IMG/VR virus record: IMGVR_UViG_3300004886_000001
Span: 1-64,000 of that record
Strand: one strand, 5' to 3'
Source of the DNA: a virus
Length of the DNA stretch: 64,000 nt
Position numbers and translations under genes: made by a program. The notes under the pieces are model-generated. The model made no database searches and was not told the DNA's origin. It saw nothing but the letters and a program-made list of their open reading frames with translations. Shown piece after piece: positions 18,670 to 28,554 of this stretch (position 1 is the first letter of the stretch; each line of letters opens with the position of its first letter).

Positions 18670-20405
18670 TAGTACAAGTCCTCTGCACGGTGTGCGATTC
18701 TAAACGACTGAATTATCGCTGATGACTCAATTCTAAACGTGGCTTTTCTATCTCTAAACGTCGAATCAATGGCGAATATCCCATCGTCTGTAATATCAAT
18801 CCAATCACCACTATTTACTCTAAATCTGCAGTTGTTGTAGTCTTCTGCGCAAACCCTCAAGTATACGAGTGGTTCGTGCTCTTTAATTTCAAACTCACGC
18901 TCCCAATAGCCAGTAAGTCGAGATCCAGCATTAAACTGGTGCCTTGTAAGCGTTCCACTGATTTCTGTGAATACCTCAAGTGACTCGTTCCCTGTTGACG
19001 AATCCGGGTTTTTAACAAGGTATATGTCATCTGCCTGTATATCCGGCAACTCCATTAACTCGCTATAGCGCACGTTGTATGCGTAGCCTTTCCACAATCC
19101 ACCTTGGCGGAAATAAAAGATATACCGGCCCTGATAAGAGCTTGCCTTAATAGACGTCAACTCTAACTGCTGCCACTCTCTGGTATTGATAACCTCACTG
19201 CCACCATCATGACGGTTGTCCATGGTGAGTACAGTTCCAGAGTAGTTCTGTATTGCACAAATACCGCTGTAGCTGACATAAAGAATGGCAAAGCCCATAT
19301 CAACCACTGATTCAGGCGCTATACACGGCTCTGCAAAAGGAATCTGTTGCTCATAAGGTGTTTCGTAACCTGTAATTACACTCGGTCTGCCATCGGTCAA
19401 AACAAGCACTTCTTCACCAGATCGGATAATCCGAACAATACGTCGGTCGATAGGTATCTCAATCGGCCATGATATCGGATTTCCCTGGTCACTCATGTGC
19501 ACCGTTCGGTTGTTCCAACTAACACCAGCAAGCCGTCCGTTAGATGCATTAATCATGTTTTTAACATTGGCTGGACCGTCTGCATCGAGAGTCAATAACT
19601 CACCCTCTGCATCTGCAGGATCTAATGTAAAAAACGCGGTACCGAGTATGTTTTCACCGTCCAGATTGGTACCGACAATGTTCCCACCCTGGGCAGGAAA
19701 AGCTAGATTTATCGGTTCTTCATGAATCAGTCGGGCCTGACCTTCTATTTCCATATAAATGCGAATCGATTTAATGTTTGTCATCTTGTCGCTGACATTG
19801 ACAAACGCTCTGATGCTATCCGTGTAGTCAAAGCTGAACACTCGCGTTGCAAGGGTTGGCGATGTCTCAAAGCCGTCACGAGTTAATATGGTTGCCAGTA
19901 AGACGGTGTTGTCTATTCTTTCGCCTTGTGGTGGTACCTCTACCGCAACACCCGCCTCGGGCCTAAATGCCAACCCAATAACTCGCGGTGAAATGTACTG
20001 AGATAGCAAATTACCGCCATACGTATCAGCGTCGGTGTATTGCCCCTGTAGAGACACAGCCAGTGCGGTACCCAGATCAGGGTCTATCGGATTACCCATG
20101 GATGCATTAGCAAACACCAGCTCTCGATCATCGGCAGTGTAGTAAGACTCAGCAACGCTGTAGCTATCGACGTGCATGTAGTCATAGCTGCCATCGTTGC
20201 GCCTGATCACCTGGATGGTGTCAAACGGGAATCTCGGTGTTTCTGGCTGATAGTCCAGTCGTAGCAGATCCTGCAGCGGTCGAAACTCTCCAGATGTCAG
20301 CCACAAATTACCGGCTTTACTGGAGTACTCGCTTCTCTGGTTGTAGGGGTGCAGTCCTGGCCGAAACCCTCTAAATTCTCGAATCTCGATCATGGGGCAA
20401 TGCAC
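18669..20405 (-). CDS. Large structural protein (tail/adaptor/nozzle candidate)
   Basis: 578-aa ORF in the morphogenesis block downstream of the capsid genes. No motif recognised. Confidence 0.4.
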   Translation of the reverse strand: MHCPMIEIREFRGFRPGLHPYNQRSEYSSKAGNLWLTSGEFRPLQDLLRLDYQPETPRFPFDTIQVIRRNDGSYDYMHVDSYSVAESYYTADDRELVFANASMGNPIDPDLGTALAVSLQGQYTDADTYGGNLLSQYISPRVIGLAFRPEAGVAVEVPPQGERIDNTVLLATILTRDGFETSPTLATRVFSFDYTDSIRAFVNVSDKMTNIKSIRIYMEIEGQARLIHEEPINLAFPAQGGNIVGTNLDGENILGTAFFTLDPADAEGELLTLDADGPANVKNMINASNGRLAGVSWNNRTVHMSDQGNPISWPIEIPIDRRIVRIIRSGEEVLVLTDGRPSVITGYETPYEQQIPFAEPCIAPESVVDMGFAILYVSYSGICAIQNYSGTVLTMDNRHDGGSEVINTREWQQLELTSIKASSYQGRYIFYFRQGGLWKGYAYNVRYSELMELPDIQADDIYLVKNPDSSTGNESLEVFTEISGTLTRHQFNAGSRLTGYWEREFEIKEHEPLVYLRVCAEDYNNCRFRVNSGDWIDITDDGIFAIDSTFRDRKATFRIESSAIIQSFRIAHRAEDLY

Positions 20406-20971
20406 AGCTCCAGATCTACATCCACCTGGACCGAATTACCGATTTCCGGCGCCGGGCTCACTGCAACCGGGATGGATCCCTCGTGAATTTCGGTCTCAAT
20501 TGCAATGCACTCGGCAAGTATGGTTCTCGGGTATATTCCCGCGCGCGGGCAAATGGTGAGCTCGGCATCAACATCTACCGCGGCTAAACCTCGGCACAGT
20601 GGTACCTGGCTACCGGCTGCCCATTGGCTTACAAATTTGTCGTCAAATAGCAGAATATCCCGAGTTACCACCGATGCAGAGCACGTAAGATCAATACAAA
20701 GCTCGGCATTTATTACTCCGTAAATCTGAGAGTTTGTACACTCAACTTCAAAATATTTGCAGGCAGCAAGTTTGGTAACACCGAATTCGAGGCCTTCAGA
20801 GTGGATAGGGACGTGCTTCGCCTCTTTTTCCCCGGGGCGACAGGCTCTCATGCAATGCTTGTCGTAGTTAATGACCGTTTTGGGGATAGCGACCGACACC
20901 GTATTGCCACAGCAGGTATTGCAGCAGCAGCCGTCCTCGTGGCCCTCAGTTCTATATCTTGGGTTTACCAT
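20390..20971 (-). CDS. Cys-rich structural-module protein
   Basis: 193 aa with about 15 Cys, including an N-terminal GCCCNTCCG cluster. Overlaps both neighbours. Confidence 0.5.
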   Translation of the reverse strand: MVNPRYRTEGHEDGCCCNTCCGNTVSVAIPKTVINYDKHCMRACRPGEKEAKHVPIHSEGLEFGVTKLAACKYFEVECTNSQIYGVINAELCIDLTCSASVVTRDILLFDDKFVSQWAAGSQVPLCRGLAAVDVDAELTICPRAGIYPRTILAECIAIETEIHEGSIPVAVSPAPEIGNSVQVDVDLELCIAP

Positions 20972-21774
20972 CGGTGCAGCCTCCCGTGACGTCTGGATTG
21001 TCCGTTACGCGCTGCTGACATTCGATCACCGTGTGGGCGGCGGCTTGATATATTGGCCGAGTAAAACAGCTTTGCTGCTTCCATAGCCTTGTGTGCCTTT
21101 AAGCTGTACGTTTCTTTAACCCGGTTCGGTGAATATCCTTCAGATGGTGTGGTCCATGGCTTCTGCGGTAACTCCATGGCCTTTTCGACTGCCATGCCAA
21201 TTATGCCGTCGCGGTAGTCTTCCATCAGTGTTTCAGGAACACAGTCGATAGCGTTAAAATCTTTCGGCCAGAAAATGATGACCAGCTCAACCGTGCAATG
21301 CTCTACCGGTTCTGAAAACAAGATTTTGTTGGAGTGCGGCTGATAGAACGCTAATGGTCGGTCGCAGTTACTGCGCCAGTAGCCAATACTTCCCCGGTAG
21401 TTACTGGTTGATCCGTACGAGCCGATTTGCCGGTTTTCATACCCACCGTAGCCATTGTTTCTGTCATCGCTTCGGTTCTGGTCCTTGCGCTCGTAGACGT
21501 CATACTCATCACAGCCATGCATCTGCAGCTTAATAGGGTCCACAAGCCGCGCGCGCAGTCCGTCCGGTATCTCTAAATCAATGTGCTGATCACCACACGA
21601 CAGCTCAACCGTAGCCTGGTAGCGCCACCGGGTGGTTTCTTGAAAAAACTCACGTGCAGCATCACCGAGCAGGCTTTCAGACAACGGGCCCATATCTTGA
21701 ATGATATTGTTAAGCCTGGATTCCAGATTTCTCTTATCAGATCCGGCAGGCAATTTAACCGAGCAGCTACCCAT
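20965..21774 (-). CDS. Structural-module protein
   Basis: 269-aa ORF with a Y/G/S/N-rich segment (GYGGYENRQIGSYGSTSNYRGSIGYW). Confidence 0.5.
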   Translation of the reverse strand: MGSCSVKLPAGSDKRNLESRLNNIIQDMGPLSESLLGDAAREFFQETTRWRYQATVELSCGDQHIDLEIPDGLRARLVDPIKLQMHGCDEYDVYERKDQNRSDDRNNGYGGYENRQIGSYGSTSNYRGSIGYWRSNCDRPLAFYQPHSNKILFSEPVEHCTVELVIIFWPKDFNAIDCVPETLMEDYRDGIIGMAVEKAMELPQKPWTTPSEGYSPNRVKETYSLKAHKAMEAAKLFYSANISSRRPHGDRMSAARNGQSRRHGRLHRW

Positions 21775-22354
21775 TGCTGATCACTCCGCTGTAGATTCGT
21801 AAATGATCCAGTGCCCGGCTGCGGTGAATCTCAGCATTGTGGTTATTGCCATAGGCCTTTTCATACGCATACGACAGCGCGTAGTGCCTGACTATCGGTA
21901 GCAAGTGCTCGGGTGTGCTGTCAGACTGCGCCGTAACTGCAGTAAAGTTAACTTCAACGCCTGCTGGTGGTGCCTGAACTATCCATAGTGCAGTTGGCGA
22001 CTCTGGATCGAGCACGTAGCCAGTTGGGTTTTCACCTTCAATATAATCACAGCCACGCCAACCGCTATTAAGCTGATTTGCATTTTCAACTGTGTATTTT
22101 GTAAGTCCGCAACCATCGTAATTGTCCACCCGGATCACACGGAGAATGTCATCAGTGATAGGTATGCGACTGGTGCCGTCTGTAGTGGCTGTCAGTGACT
22201 CTTGCGAACCATCACCAGTAAAGGTGAATACAGTGGCTTTTGCCAGCCGTATCGCGTGGTCAATGGTTTGAGTAATGAAGTGACGGCCGGGGTCTGATCG
22301 CTCGTTAAGCGTATCTAACATCATGGCTCTGAGTGTGGCGTCGTCCACGGTCAC
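21767..22354 (-). CDS. Structural-module protein (head-tail connector candidate)
   Basis: 195-aa ORF. First gene after the post-capsid terminator. Confidence 0.4.
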   Translation of the reverse strand: MTVDDATLRAMMLDTLNERSDPGRHFITQTIDHAIRLAKATVFTFTGDGSQESLTATTDGTSRIPITDDILRVIRVDNYDGCGLTKYTVENANQLNSGWRGCDYIEGENPTGYVLDPESPTALWIVQAPPAGVEVNFTAVTAQSDSTPEHLLPIVRHYALSYAYEKAYGNNHNAEIHRSRALDHLRIYSGVISNG

Positions 22355-22360
22355 CTCACC

Positions 22361-22391
22361 TTAAATAAATAAAGCAAGGGGCAACCTGCCC
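22361..22391 (-). terminator. Rho-independent terminator after the capsid genes
   Basis: Minus strand reads GGGGCA-GGT-TGCCCC followed by TTGCTTTATTTATTT, directly after the stop of 22416..22940. Confidence 0.7.
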
Positions 22392-22415
22392 CCTGCCATG
22401 TTGGAACCTGCCGGT

Positions 22416-22940
22416 TTAACCGGTAGCGTGGTTCCTGTATTGAGCAACAAGCAATATTTCATCATCTTCAGCCGGAGCTGATGCACAACTGATGGTCATA
22501 TCGAAGTTAAACGCTCGCCAGTCTTTCTGACCGTTGTACTCGTAGTCTTTCATTGATACCGGGAAAGTAATCGCTTCTGCACCTACTGCAGTCGGTGTGA
22601 CTCCGGCAGAGAAGTATTCCAATTCTTCGAACAATGTTTCATCGACATGCGGCACCCTTAATCTCTCATGCTGAACGATGTCATGAGGGTGTGCGCCATC
22701 GAGTTTCCAGCCGATCTTTACCGCACCACCAGCCCAGCTTGCACCGGGTGGTATAAATGCCTTGATGCTGTAAAAAACCATGTTCGGGTGAAACCTTCGC
22801 ACCCTGACTGGCTCATCGGCCGGTACCAAGCTGTCAGGCGTCGGATACTGTGGACGCACTATGAACGGAATTTCCTCCGCTGATAGGTTGGATATCGTTG
22901 ACTGACTAAGGCGCTTATTACCTGAATACATTAAATCCAT
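22416..22940 (-). CDS. Abundant head-associated protein candidate (decoration or accessory)
   Basis: 174-aa ORF immediately downstream of the major capsid gene and followed by a strong terminator. Confidence 0.4.
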   Translation of the reverse strand: MDLMYSGNKRLSQSTISNLSAEEIPFIVRPQYPTPDSLVPADEPVRVRRFHPNMVFYSIKAFIPPGASWAGGAVKIGWKLDGAHPHDIVQHERLRVPHVDETLFEELEYFSAGVTPTAVGAEAITFPVSMKDYEYNGQKDWRAFNFDMTISCASAPAEDDEILLVAQYRNHATG

Positions 22941-22978
22941 GTTTTGTCTCCTGAGACTTTATGCCGTTTACTTATGGC

Positions 22979-24280
22979 TTATGGACGTGAAGGAACAGCG
23001 CCGAAAACCGTGATACAGCCATGGTCGTAAAGAATGCCGTCACGATTTCTCACAACGATTTTCTTCATGCCAGACATACGACCGATACAAATACCGCGCT
23101 TAAAATTGTAGTCGTAGTATTCGGTTTCCATGGTCCACGAGTAGCCGCTTACTGTTCGACCGAATGCATGGGCCAGCATCTGACCACCGATCAAAATACC
23201 TCGATCAATGTCGAATGCCGAAGGTACCTTAGCAACACGCTGGGTGCCATTTCTATCGTCATCTCTGACAGTGACACGGCCACCAGCTTTATGACGTACC
23301 GGAATCGGTGTCTTACATACCAGTATGTCGTCAACCATGATCATATCACCCTGAAATAGTGGGTGATCCCAACCGCCGCAACGCTTCAGTGCATTAGCTG
23401 CAAGCTGCTCATACTGGTCATAGCCAGGCTGAGTGCGCATGGTTTCCCACATCCGAGGAGTAACAACCAGCATGTACATCGGTGTGGTTTTCTTATAACC
23501 ACTCGGTGTCATGTACTCTAACCGTGCCTTCGCAGGAGGGTTAGGCATTTCTTCGATCAACTGCTTCAAGCGTCGAACCGATGCAATGCCGAATGCAGAG
23601 TTGAGTGTCATTGCATTGGCTTGCTTACCTGACGAAAAGCCAAGGGTTGCATCAATACAGTTGACAGTCGCATCCGAACCACAGAAGAACGAGCGGTTAT
23701 CGGTAGGTGGTGATAGTGGGTTGACCATCATCTGGTCGAATGAACTGCCATCGCCGTCACTGTAGCCTTCAAGCGGAAGAATGATATCTTCTGCCATATA
23801 GTCACCACGTGCACCCATCGAATGAAACAGGGCCAGTTCGGTGTCAAGGCGTTCGGACCACTCGCGGATACTACGCTTGGCGCGCTTTACCAGATCCCAT
23901 GGCCTGCGCTGCTGGTCGAGCTTGGAGCCGACTTTGAGCGGGTAACGTGCTACGTCCAGACCAACGGTGTATTGGCTTTCAGTAAGCTCGTCTTCTTTGC
24001 CACGTGCATCCTGGTTGCCCATGATCGGGAAGCCATTCAATCTGTGGTCGATATCAACCTGAACCTCGTCACCATGCATAGTGGTCAAGTCAGTAACTCG
24101 CACACAGGGCGATTCAGGATCGGATTGTTCTTTTACTTTTTTGTTGCCGTTCAGCGTTTTTTCGATGCCGCTGGACATCATACGTGCAAAGTTGAAACGA
24201 CCTTTTTCTAGTCGGGACGTTTCCATCATGAGGACTTTCGACTGTACTGCCGCTCTATCCCCTCGGGTTGTTTGACTCAT
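22979..24280 (-). CDS. Major capsid protein (resembles the N4 gp56/DUF4043-type family)
   Basis: 433 aa, directly after the scaffold-like gene. The N-terminal pattern (F..MM...I....DLT...GDEV.VDI...L.G....G) recalls N4-gp56-family capsid proteins from memory only. Confidence 0.7.
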   Translation of the reverse strand: MSQTTRGDRAAVQSKVLMMETSRLEKGRFNFARMMSSGIEKTLNGNKKVKEQSDPESPCVRVTDLTTMHGDEVQVDIDHRLNGFPIMGNQDARGKEDELTESQYTVGLDVARYPLKVGSKLDQQRRPWDLVKRAKRSIREWSERLDTELALFHSMGARGDYMAEDIILPLEGYSDGDGSSFDQMMVNPLSPPTDNRSFFCGSDATVNCIDATLGFSSGKQANAMTLNSAFGIASVRRLKQLIEEMPNPPAKARLEYMTPSGYKKTTPMYMLVVTPRMWETMRTQPGYDQYEQLAANALKRCGGWDHPLFQGDMIMVDDILVCKTPIPVRHKAGGRVTVRDDDRNGTQRVAKVPSAFDIDRGILIGGQMLAHAFGRTVSGYSWTMETEYYDYNFKRGICIGRMSGMKKIVVRNRDGILYDHGCITVFGAVPSRP

Positions 24281-24304
24281 TTTGCCATTCTCTTAAATGG
24301 CGTG

Positions 24305-25204
24305 TTACAACAATGATGCTTCCATGGCTCGGTCGAGATCGGCCTGACTTGGATTGTCATTGTTTAAAACACGCTGAATTAGATCGGCATCGTTCCTGTC
24401 GTCAACTGCTGTTCCGCCTGTCATATCTCCAATAGATACGGATCTTTCGCGGGGCTTTTCAGTTGTTGTCGGCTTCAGTCCCAATGCCTCAGAGACTTGA
24501 CGTTCGATATACTTATTGCGATCTACAGCAGAGTCGGGATGCAAAATAAGAGCGGCTTTTTCAAGCTCGGCAGCAAGTTCAATTCGTTTATCCATTTCTG
24601 GATCACCGGCTTTCATACCCTCGTACCACTTTCGCAGTTCGGGAGTTTCAGAAAGCGATTCGAGCAATTCTTTTTCTTCGGCTGACTGAGTCAGCTTAGA
24701 ATCAATCCGGTCAATCTTGGCTTGCTGATCAACGGTAATTTTAGCCAGTGCTACAGCGTTATTACGCTCAGTAACGATCTTGGCTGCCAATGCCTCGCCG
24801 TACTCATCCTGAAGATCAGTAATCTCATCTTCTGAATATGGCTCAATACCAATGGCTTCGACTTTCTCTTGCTTATCGGCTTCTGCTAACTTAGCGTTTG
24901 CAGCATCCAACTGGGCTTGAGTGTCGGTATATTTCCGCTTGTACTCGTCTTTCGCCTTACGTTCATCGGTAAGGTGTTGGACGGGTACTTGATGCTCTAC
25001 TTTTTTGTCAGGCTCTGTGGTTACTGCCTCAGTTTGAACCTGTTCCTCTGGAACTTGCGGCTCATCTTGTTGAGTGTCAGTTTCTACATTACCGTCATTG
25101 CCTTCACCTTTTGGTACCTGGGCAACATCTTCATTGTCGATTTGGTCCAACTCTGCTTCCAGAGCATCAATGGCCTCGTCAACGTCTACTGTTTTATCAG
25201 TCAA
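24305..25204 (-). CDS. Scaffolding protein
   Basis: 299 aa, highly acidic and alpha-helical/coiled-coil. Lies between the portal and capsid genes. TTG start. Confidence 0.6.
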   Translation of the reverse strand: MTDKTVDVDEAIDALEAELDQIDNEDVAQVPKGEGNDGNVETDTQQDEPQVPEEQVQTEAVTTEPDKKVEHQVPVQHLTDERKAKDEYKRKYTDTQAQLDAANAKLAEADKQEKVEAIGIEPYSEDEITDLQDEYGEALAAKIVTERNNAVALAKITVDQQAKIDRIDSKLTQSAEEKELLESLSETPELRKWYEGMKAGDPEMDKRIELAAELEKAALILHPDSAVDRNKYIERQVSEALGLKPTTTEKPRERSVSIGDMTGGTAVDDRNDADLIQRVLNNDNPSQADLDRAMEASLL

Positions 25205-25318
25205 TGTTCAATCTCTATCAAGTGCCTGTGTTATCGGTTTCAGGCAAAACGAGATTCGATTGTTAAAAAGATAAAATCAGCAGTAAAGGGGGTTTCTATC
25301 AGACTGACTTATATACAG

Positions 25319-25753
25319 TTAGCCTGACATTTCGTCTTGTTTAGATTTGATCGCTTTCACACAATCATCAAGCTCTGATCTTTTCCACCACCACCGGCCG
25401 TTGTATTTCCCCACTGGTGCACAAAACTTCGAACCGTATATAGTGCCCCTCTCAATGGCCGCCCAAACGGTGCGGCTAGACACATTGAGCCTGGTAGTGA
25501 CTTCTTCAATGTGGATATGGTCCTCGTAGAACTTTTTAATATCATCAATGAATTTCTGAGCATCTTCCCGGCTGTACATTGTATCTCTGCCACGGCATGG
25601 CTTTACAGTCGGCTCCGGTATTTCAAACCCGCACCACGACTGCTTATTGCACACCAGATAAGCAAACATCTGCCGGGTAACACCGATTTCAGTGTAAATA
25701 TCTTTCGACGTATAGAGTTCTTTACGCGGCAATTGAGTTCTCCATTTCAGCAA
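25319..25753 (-). CDS. Double HTH DNA-binding protein inside the head module (regulator or small-terminase candidate)
   Basis: 144 aa. Two MerR/excisionase-like HTH segments (IYTEIGVTRQMFAYLV; VTTRLNVSSRTVWAAIERGTIYG...WWWKRSELD). Overlaps the portal 3' end by 32 nt. Confidence 0.5.
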   Translation of the reverse strand: MLKWRTQLPRKELYTSKDIYTEIGVTRQMFAYLVCNKQSWCGFEIPEPTVKPCRGRDTMYSREDAQKFIDDIKKFYEDHIHIEEVTTRLNVSSRTVWAAIERGTIYGSKFCAPVGKYNGRWWWKRSELDDCVKAIKSKQDEMSG

Positions 25754-27815
25754 GCATGTCGAGTTTTTCCTGTCTCTCGGCTGCTCTGGCTTTCTCCTTC
25801 TCCGCTGCCAGCTTCACCTTTTCAGATTCAAGTTTTATCTGCTCAATCTCAGCTTTAATGGCTTCACTTTGTGGTCCGGTCTCAGTCTGAGCATCAACCA
25901 TCGTTTTCTGAGCTGCAGCCTGGGCCTGTTGTGCATGGCCCTCTGCTTGCGCTGCCTGAGCATTCTTCAGTCTGATGTCGGCCTCAACAGTGGCTTGCTC
26001 CATCTGCTGCTGTGCCTGCTGTGCCTGTTTCTGTGCTTCAACCATCTGCTGTACTTCTTCAGGTGTTTGCGGTGTCTGCTCGATCATGTTGAGTTTTTCG
26101 AGTTCTTCCTTGGCGCCCGGTATATCGCAGTTTTCAAGGTACAGTTTTATAAATATTCTAAGTTCCGCTTCGGCCTGTGGTGGCAACTGCCCCATCATGG
26201 TCTCGATACGATTCTGAGTCTGTGCGCGATAGCCTGCCGACGTTGAGATATCTGCAATCGTGATATGCATCTGAGCTTTCGTCAGGTTGTTACTGATAAC
26301 GCCGTCTGCAGTCATGTGGTTGAGCTTGATCTGTCGAGACCTGCCACCGAGCCCGGACCTGATATCAACATTTAGCTGGTGACTGCCCACATCGTTAATT
26401 TCCAGCTCGTGCAATACTTCAGCGACAATGTATTCAGTTTTGGTTTTATTGCCGAGTAGCACTGCCATGTTGGTGCTGCCGAGTTCGGCCAGGTTTTCAA
26501 TAGCACGGCCTGATTGCTGCCCCTCAGTTTGACCACTAAAAGAATGATAGATACCAGACACATCGCGTATTTCCTGCCGGGCATCCATCTTGATCGACTG
26601 CAGGTTCTGTAGGTTCTCCCACTCACGGATAATCATCACATCGCGTTTGATATCTGCAGTTTTATTAAGAGATATTATCCCGTCGCGGCGTAGTGCCTGT
26701 ATGCGTACTTCTTCCGCTGGATCACCCAACTGCAGCATAGATTGGTGCAGTGAACTCGGCTTAATAATAATCTTACAGGTGTCGAGAATGTGTAATTGCT
26801 CGTTAGTCACCTTGTTGTAAGTGTAAATCGGATCAATCATATCGTGTACGGGACCGTGGAATACGTTGGTACCGCTCTTACGATAACCACACATCGGTAT
26901 AAACGCCGGGTGTGCTGACTCATAGTCCGCGTAGTGGATCTTGATATGACCGAGAAACAACGACTTTTTAATCACGGATACTGGCGCATCGTACATATCA
27001 ACAATACGCTCTTGATCAACATGGCTTCCCGCCTCGACCACCGAACCATCGTCAAGTTCATACAATTCCCGCATTTCAGGTGTGCGTTCATAGACTTCAC
27101 GAACCGATAGCATTTTGCGGTCATCGTTGTAGAAATTGTGGTGCATCTCATAAAGGCTCTCACCCAGCTCATCGAACGACGAGGCTCCGGCCATAGAGTT
27201 GTAGCCACCCTCCAACCGCTCAATCAGCTTTTTATGTTTTGGCAAATAAACCTTCAGGTGCTCTGCTGTATAGAACTGCTCTCGACTTACCCACCGGCAG
27301 TTTTCAAAGCCACCTTTCATTGAATAAGTGTCCCACTTCATTTCCTGCCATGGCACATGCTCAACTACATACTTATGGCCAAGCCGGTTGCCGTTGCGTC
27401 TGACATTCACCCAGCCAATACCTGCTACCAGTTGATCAAGGTGTGCTGTAAGCGCTGCATCAGTGGCTTTAGTCATGCGCCAGTTACGATGTAACAGTGC
27501 ATTGGCTGCCTCTGCTATATCGCGGCTTTCCTCGTTATCAGGGCGTACCAGTTTGTCAGTGCGGAGTTTCTGCGAGTGACCCGCAACTGTCATTATGGTG
27601 GCTTTGCAGACATTGATTTTCTGAGTAGGCTTGCCGAGATTTTCATTGAATTCAATGGAATCAGGGCTCGCAACTTCACCGTCGAACACGTCATAGGCTT
27701 CAATTGCTGCCGCTCGCCACTCGTCATACATAGGCTGATCACGCATCAATTCATCTATCTTAATGCCTTCCTGTATGCCTAAGTGGTATTCAGATTTTGT
27801 AGTCGTTGTCTGCAT
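25722..27815 (-). CDS. Portal protein
   Basis: 697 aa. Position between the terminase and scaffold/capsid genes. C-terminal Q/A-rich coiled coil (QQAQQQMEQATVEADIRLKNAQAAQAEGHAQQAQAAAQ). Confidence 0.7.
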   Translation of the reverse strand: MQTTTTKSEYHLGIQEGIKIDELMRDQPMYDEWRAAAIEAYDVFDGEVASPDSIEFNENLGKPTQKINVCKATIMTVAGHSQKLRTDKLVRPDNEESRDIAEAANALLHRNWRMTKATDAALTAHLDQLVAGIGWVNVRRNGNRLGHKYVVEHVPWQEMKWDTYSMKGGFENCRWVSREQFYTAEHLKVYLPKHKKLIERLEGGYNSMAGASSFDELGESLYEMHHNFYNDDRKMLSVREVYERTPEMRELYELDDGSVVEAGSHVDQERIVDMYDAPVSVIKKSLFLGHIKIHYADYESAHPAFIPMCGYRKSGTNVFHGPVHDMIDPIYTYNKVTNEQLHILDTCKIIIKPSSLHQSMLQLGDPAEEVRIQALRRDGIISLNKTADIKRDVMIIREWENLQNLQSIKMDARQEIRDVSGIYHSFSGQTEGQQSGRAIENLAELGSTNMAVLLGNKTKTEYIVAEVLHELEINDVGSHQLNVDIRSGLGGRSRQIKLNHMTADGVISNNLTKAQMHITIADISTSAGYRAQTQNRIETMMGQLPPQAEAELRIFIKLYLENCDIPGAKEELEKLNMIEQTPQTPEEVQQMVEAQKQAQQAQQQMEQATVEADIRLKNAQAAQAEGHAQQAQAAAQKTMVDAQTETGPQSEAIKAEIEQIKLESEKVKLAAEKEKARAAERQEKLDMLAEMENSIAA

Positions 27816-27843
27816 TGCCTTTTCCCTTCAAACAAAAAGACTT

Positions 27844-28554
27844 TTAGTAATTATCTTTAAGGATTCTTCGGTTTGACTCGTGGTCCCAAACAAGCTGGAC
27901 ACCAGTTACCAGTGTTTGCTTTCCGTCCATAGTGAATATGCCGGTAGTCACATTGCTTGGACCGTTGTTTCCGAACGCCATGTATGTCGCCACACCGTCG
28001 TAACCATCAACGTCAACCGTATACAAAGTGCACGGTTTGAGTGTTTGTCTGGAAAGCACTGATTCTGGAAGTGTGATTGGCTCCTTAGACATCTCAGGTA
28101 TTTTTATGCTTTGAAGCTCGTCCAGTTGTTCGCGAATAGAGTCACGCTCTTGCTTCAACGTGTCATAAGCGTTGGCCTTGCTCTCTGATGATTCAAGGCG
28201 AGCTTTAAGCGACTGCATTTCCTGCATAGTGCTTTGCTGACCGCCTTTTGCAATTTCTTCGTCCTTTTCGCTAACTGCTTTACTGAGTTGCGTTACCTGG
28301 GTGGCTAGTGACTTGTTGTCTTCCTGGAGTTTTTGAATCTTCTCTGCCGACTCTGCTTCTGCCTGCTCCTTAGCAGATTTAGCCTGTGCGTCTGCTGCTT
28401 CCTGCATCTGCTTTTCTGCATTTTCTTTCGCCTGTAGTGCTTCCATTGCTTCGTCTTCGGCTTTTTTCTGTGCCTTTACCGCTTTCGCTGCTGCATCTTC
28501 CGCTGCCGCCTTAGCTTTGTTGGCTTCTTCAAGTTCTTTCTTAGGGTCACTCAT
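27844..28554 (-). CDS. Coiled-coil protein with small C-terminal beta domain, unknown role
   Basis: 236 aa. The first 150 aa are A/E/K/Q coiled coil. 4-nt overlap with the TerL stop. Confidence 0.5.
   Translation of the reverse strand: MSDPKKELEEANKAKAAAEDAAAKAVKAQKKAEDEAMEALQAKENAEKQMQEAADAQAKSAKEQAEAESAEKIQKLQEDNKSLATQVTQLSKAVSEKDEEIAKGGQQSTMQEMQSLKARLESSESKANAYDTLKQERDSIREQLDELQSIKIPEMSKEPITLPESVLSRQTLKPCTLYTVDVDGYDGVATYMAFGNNGPSNVTTGIFTMDGKQTLVTGVQLVWDHESNRRILKDNY

Noticed and set aside
27844-28554. Small terminase candidate because of its adjacency to TerL.
   Set aside because: It is downstream rather than upstream of TerL. It is dominated by an A/E/K/Q coiled coil with no HTH or basic DNA-binding N-terminus.
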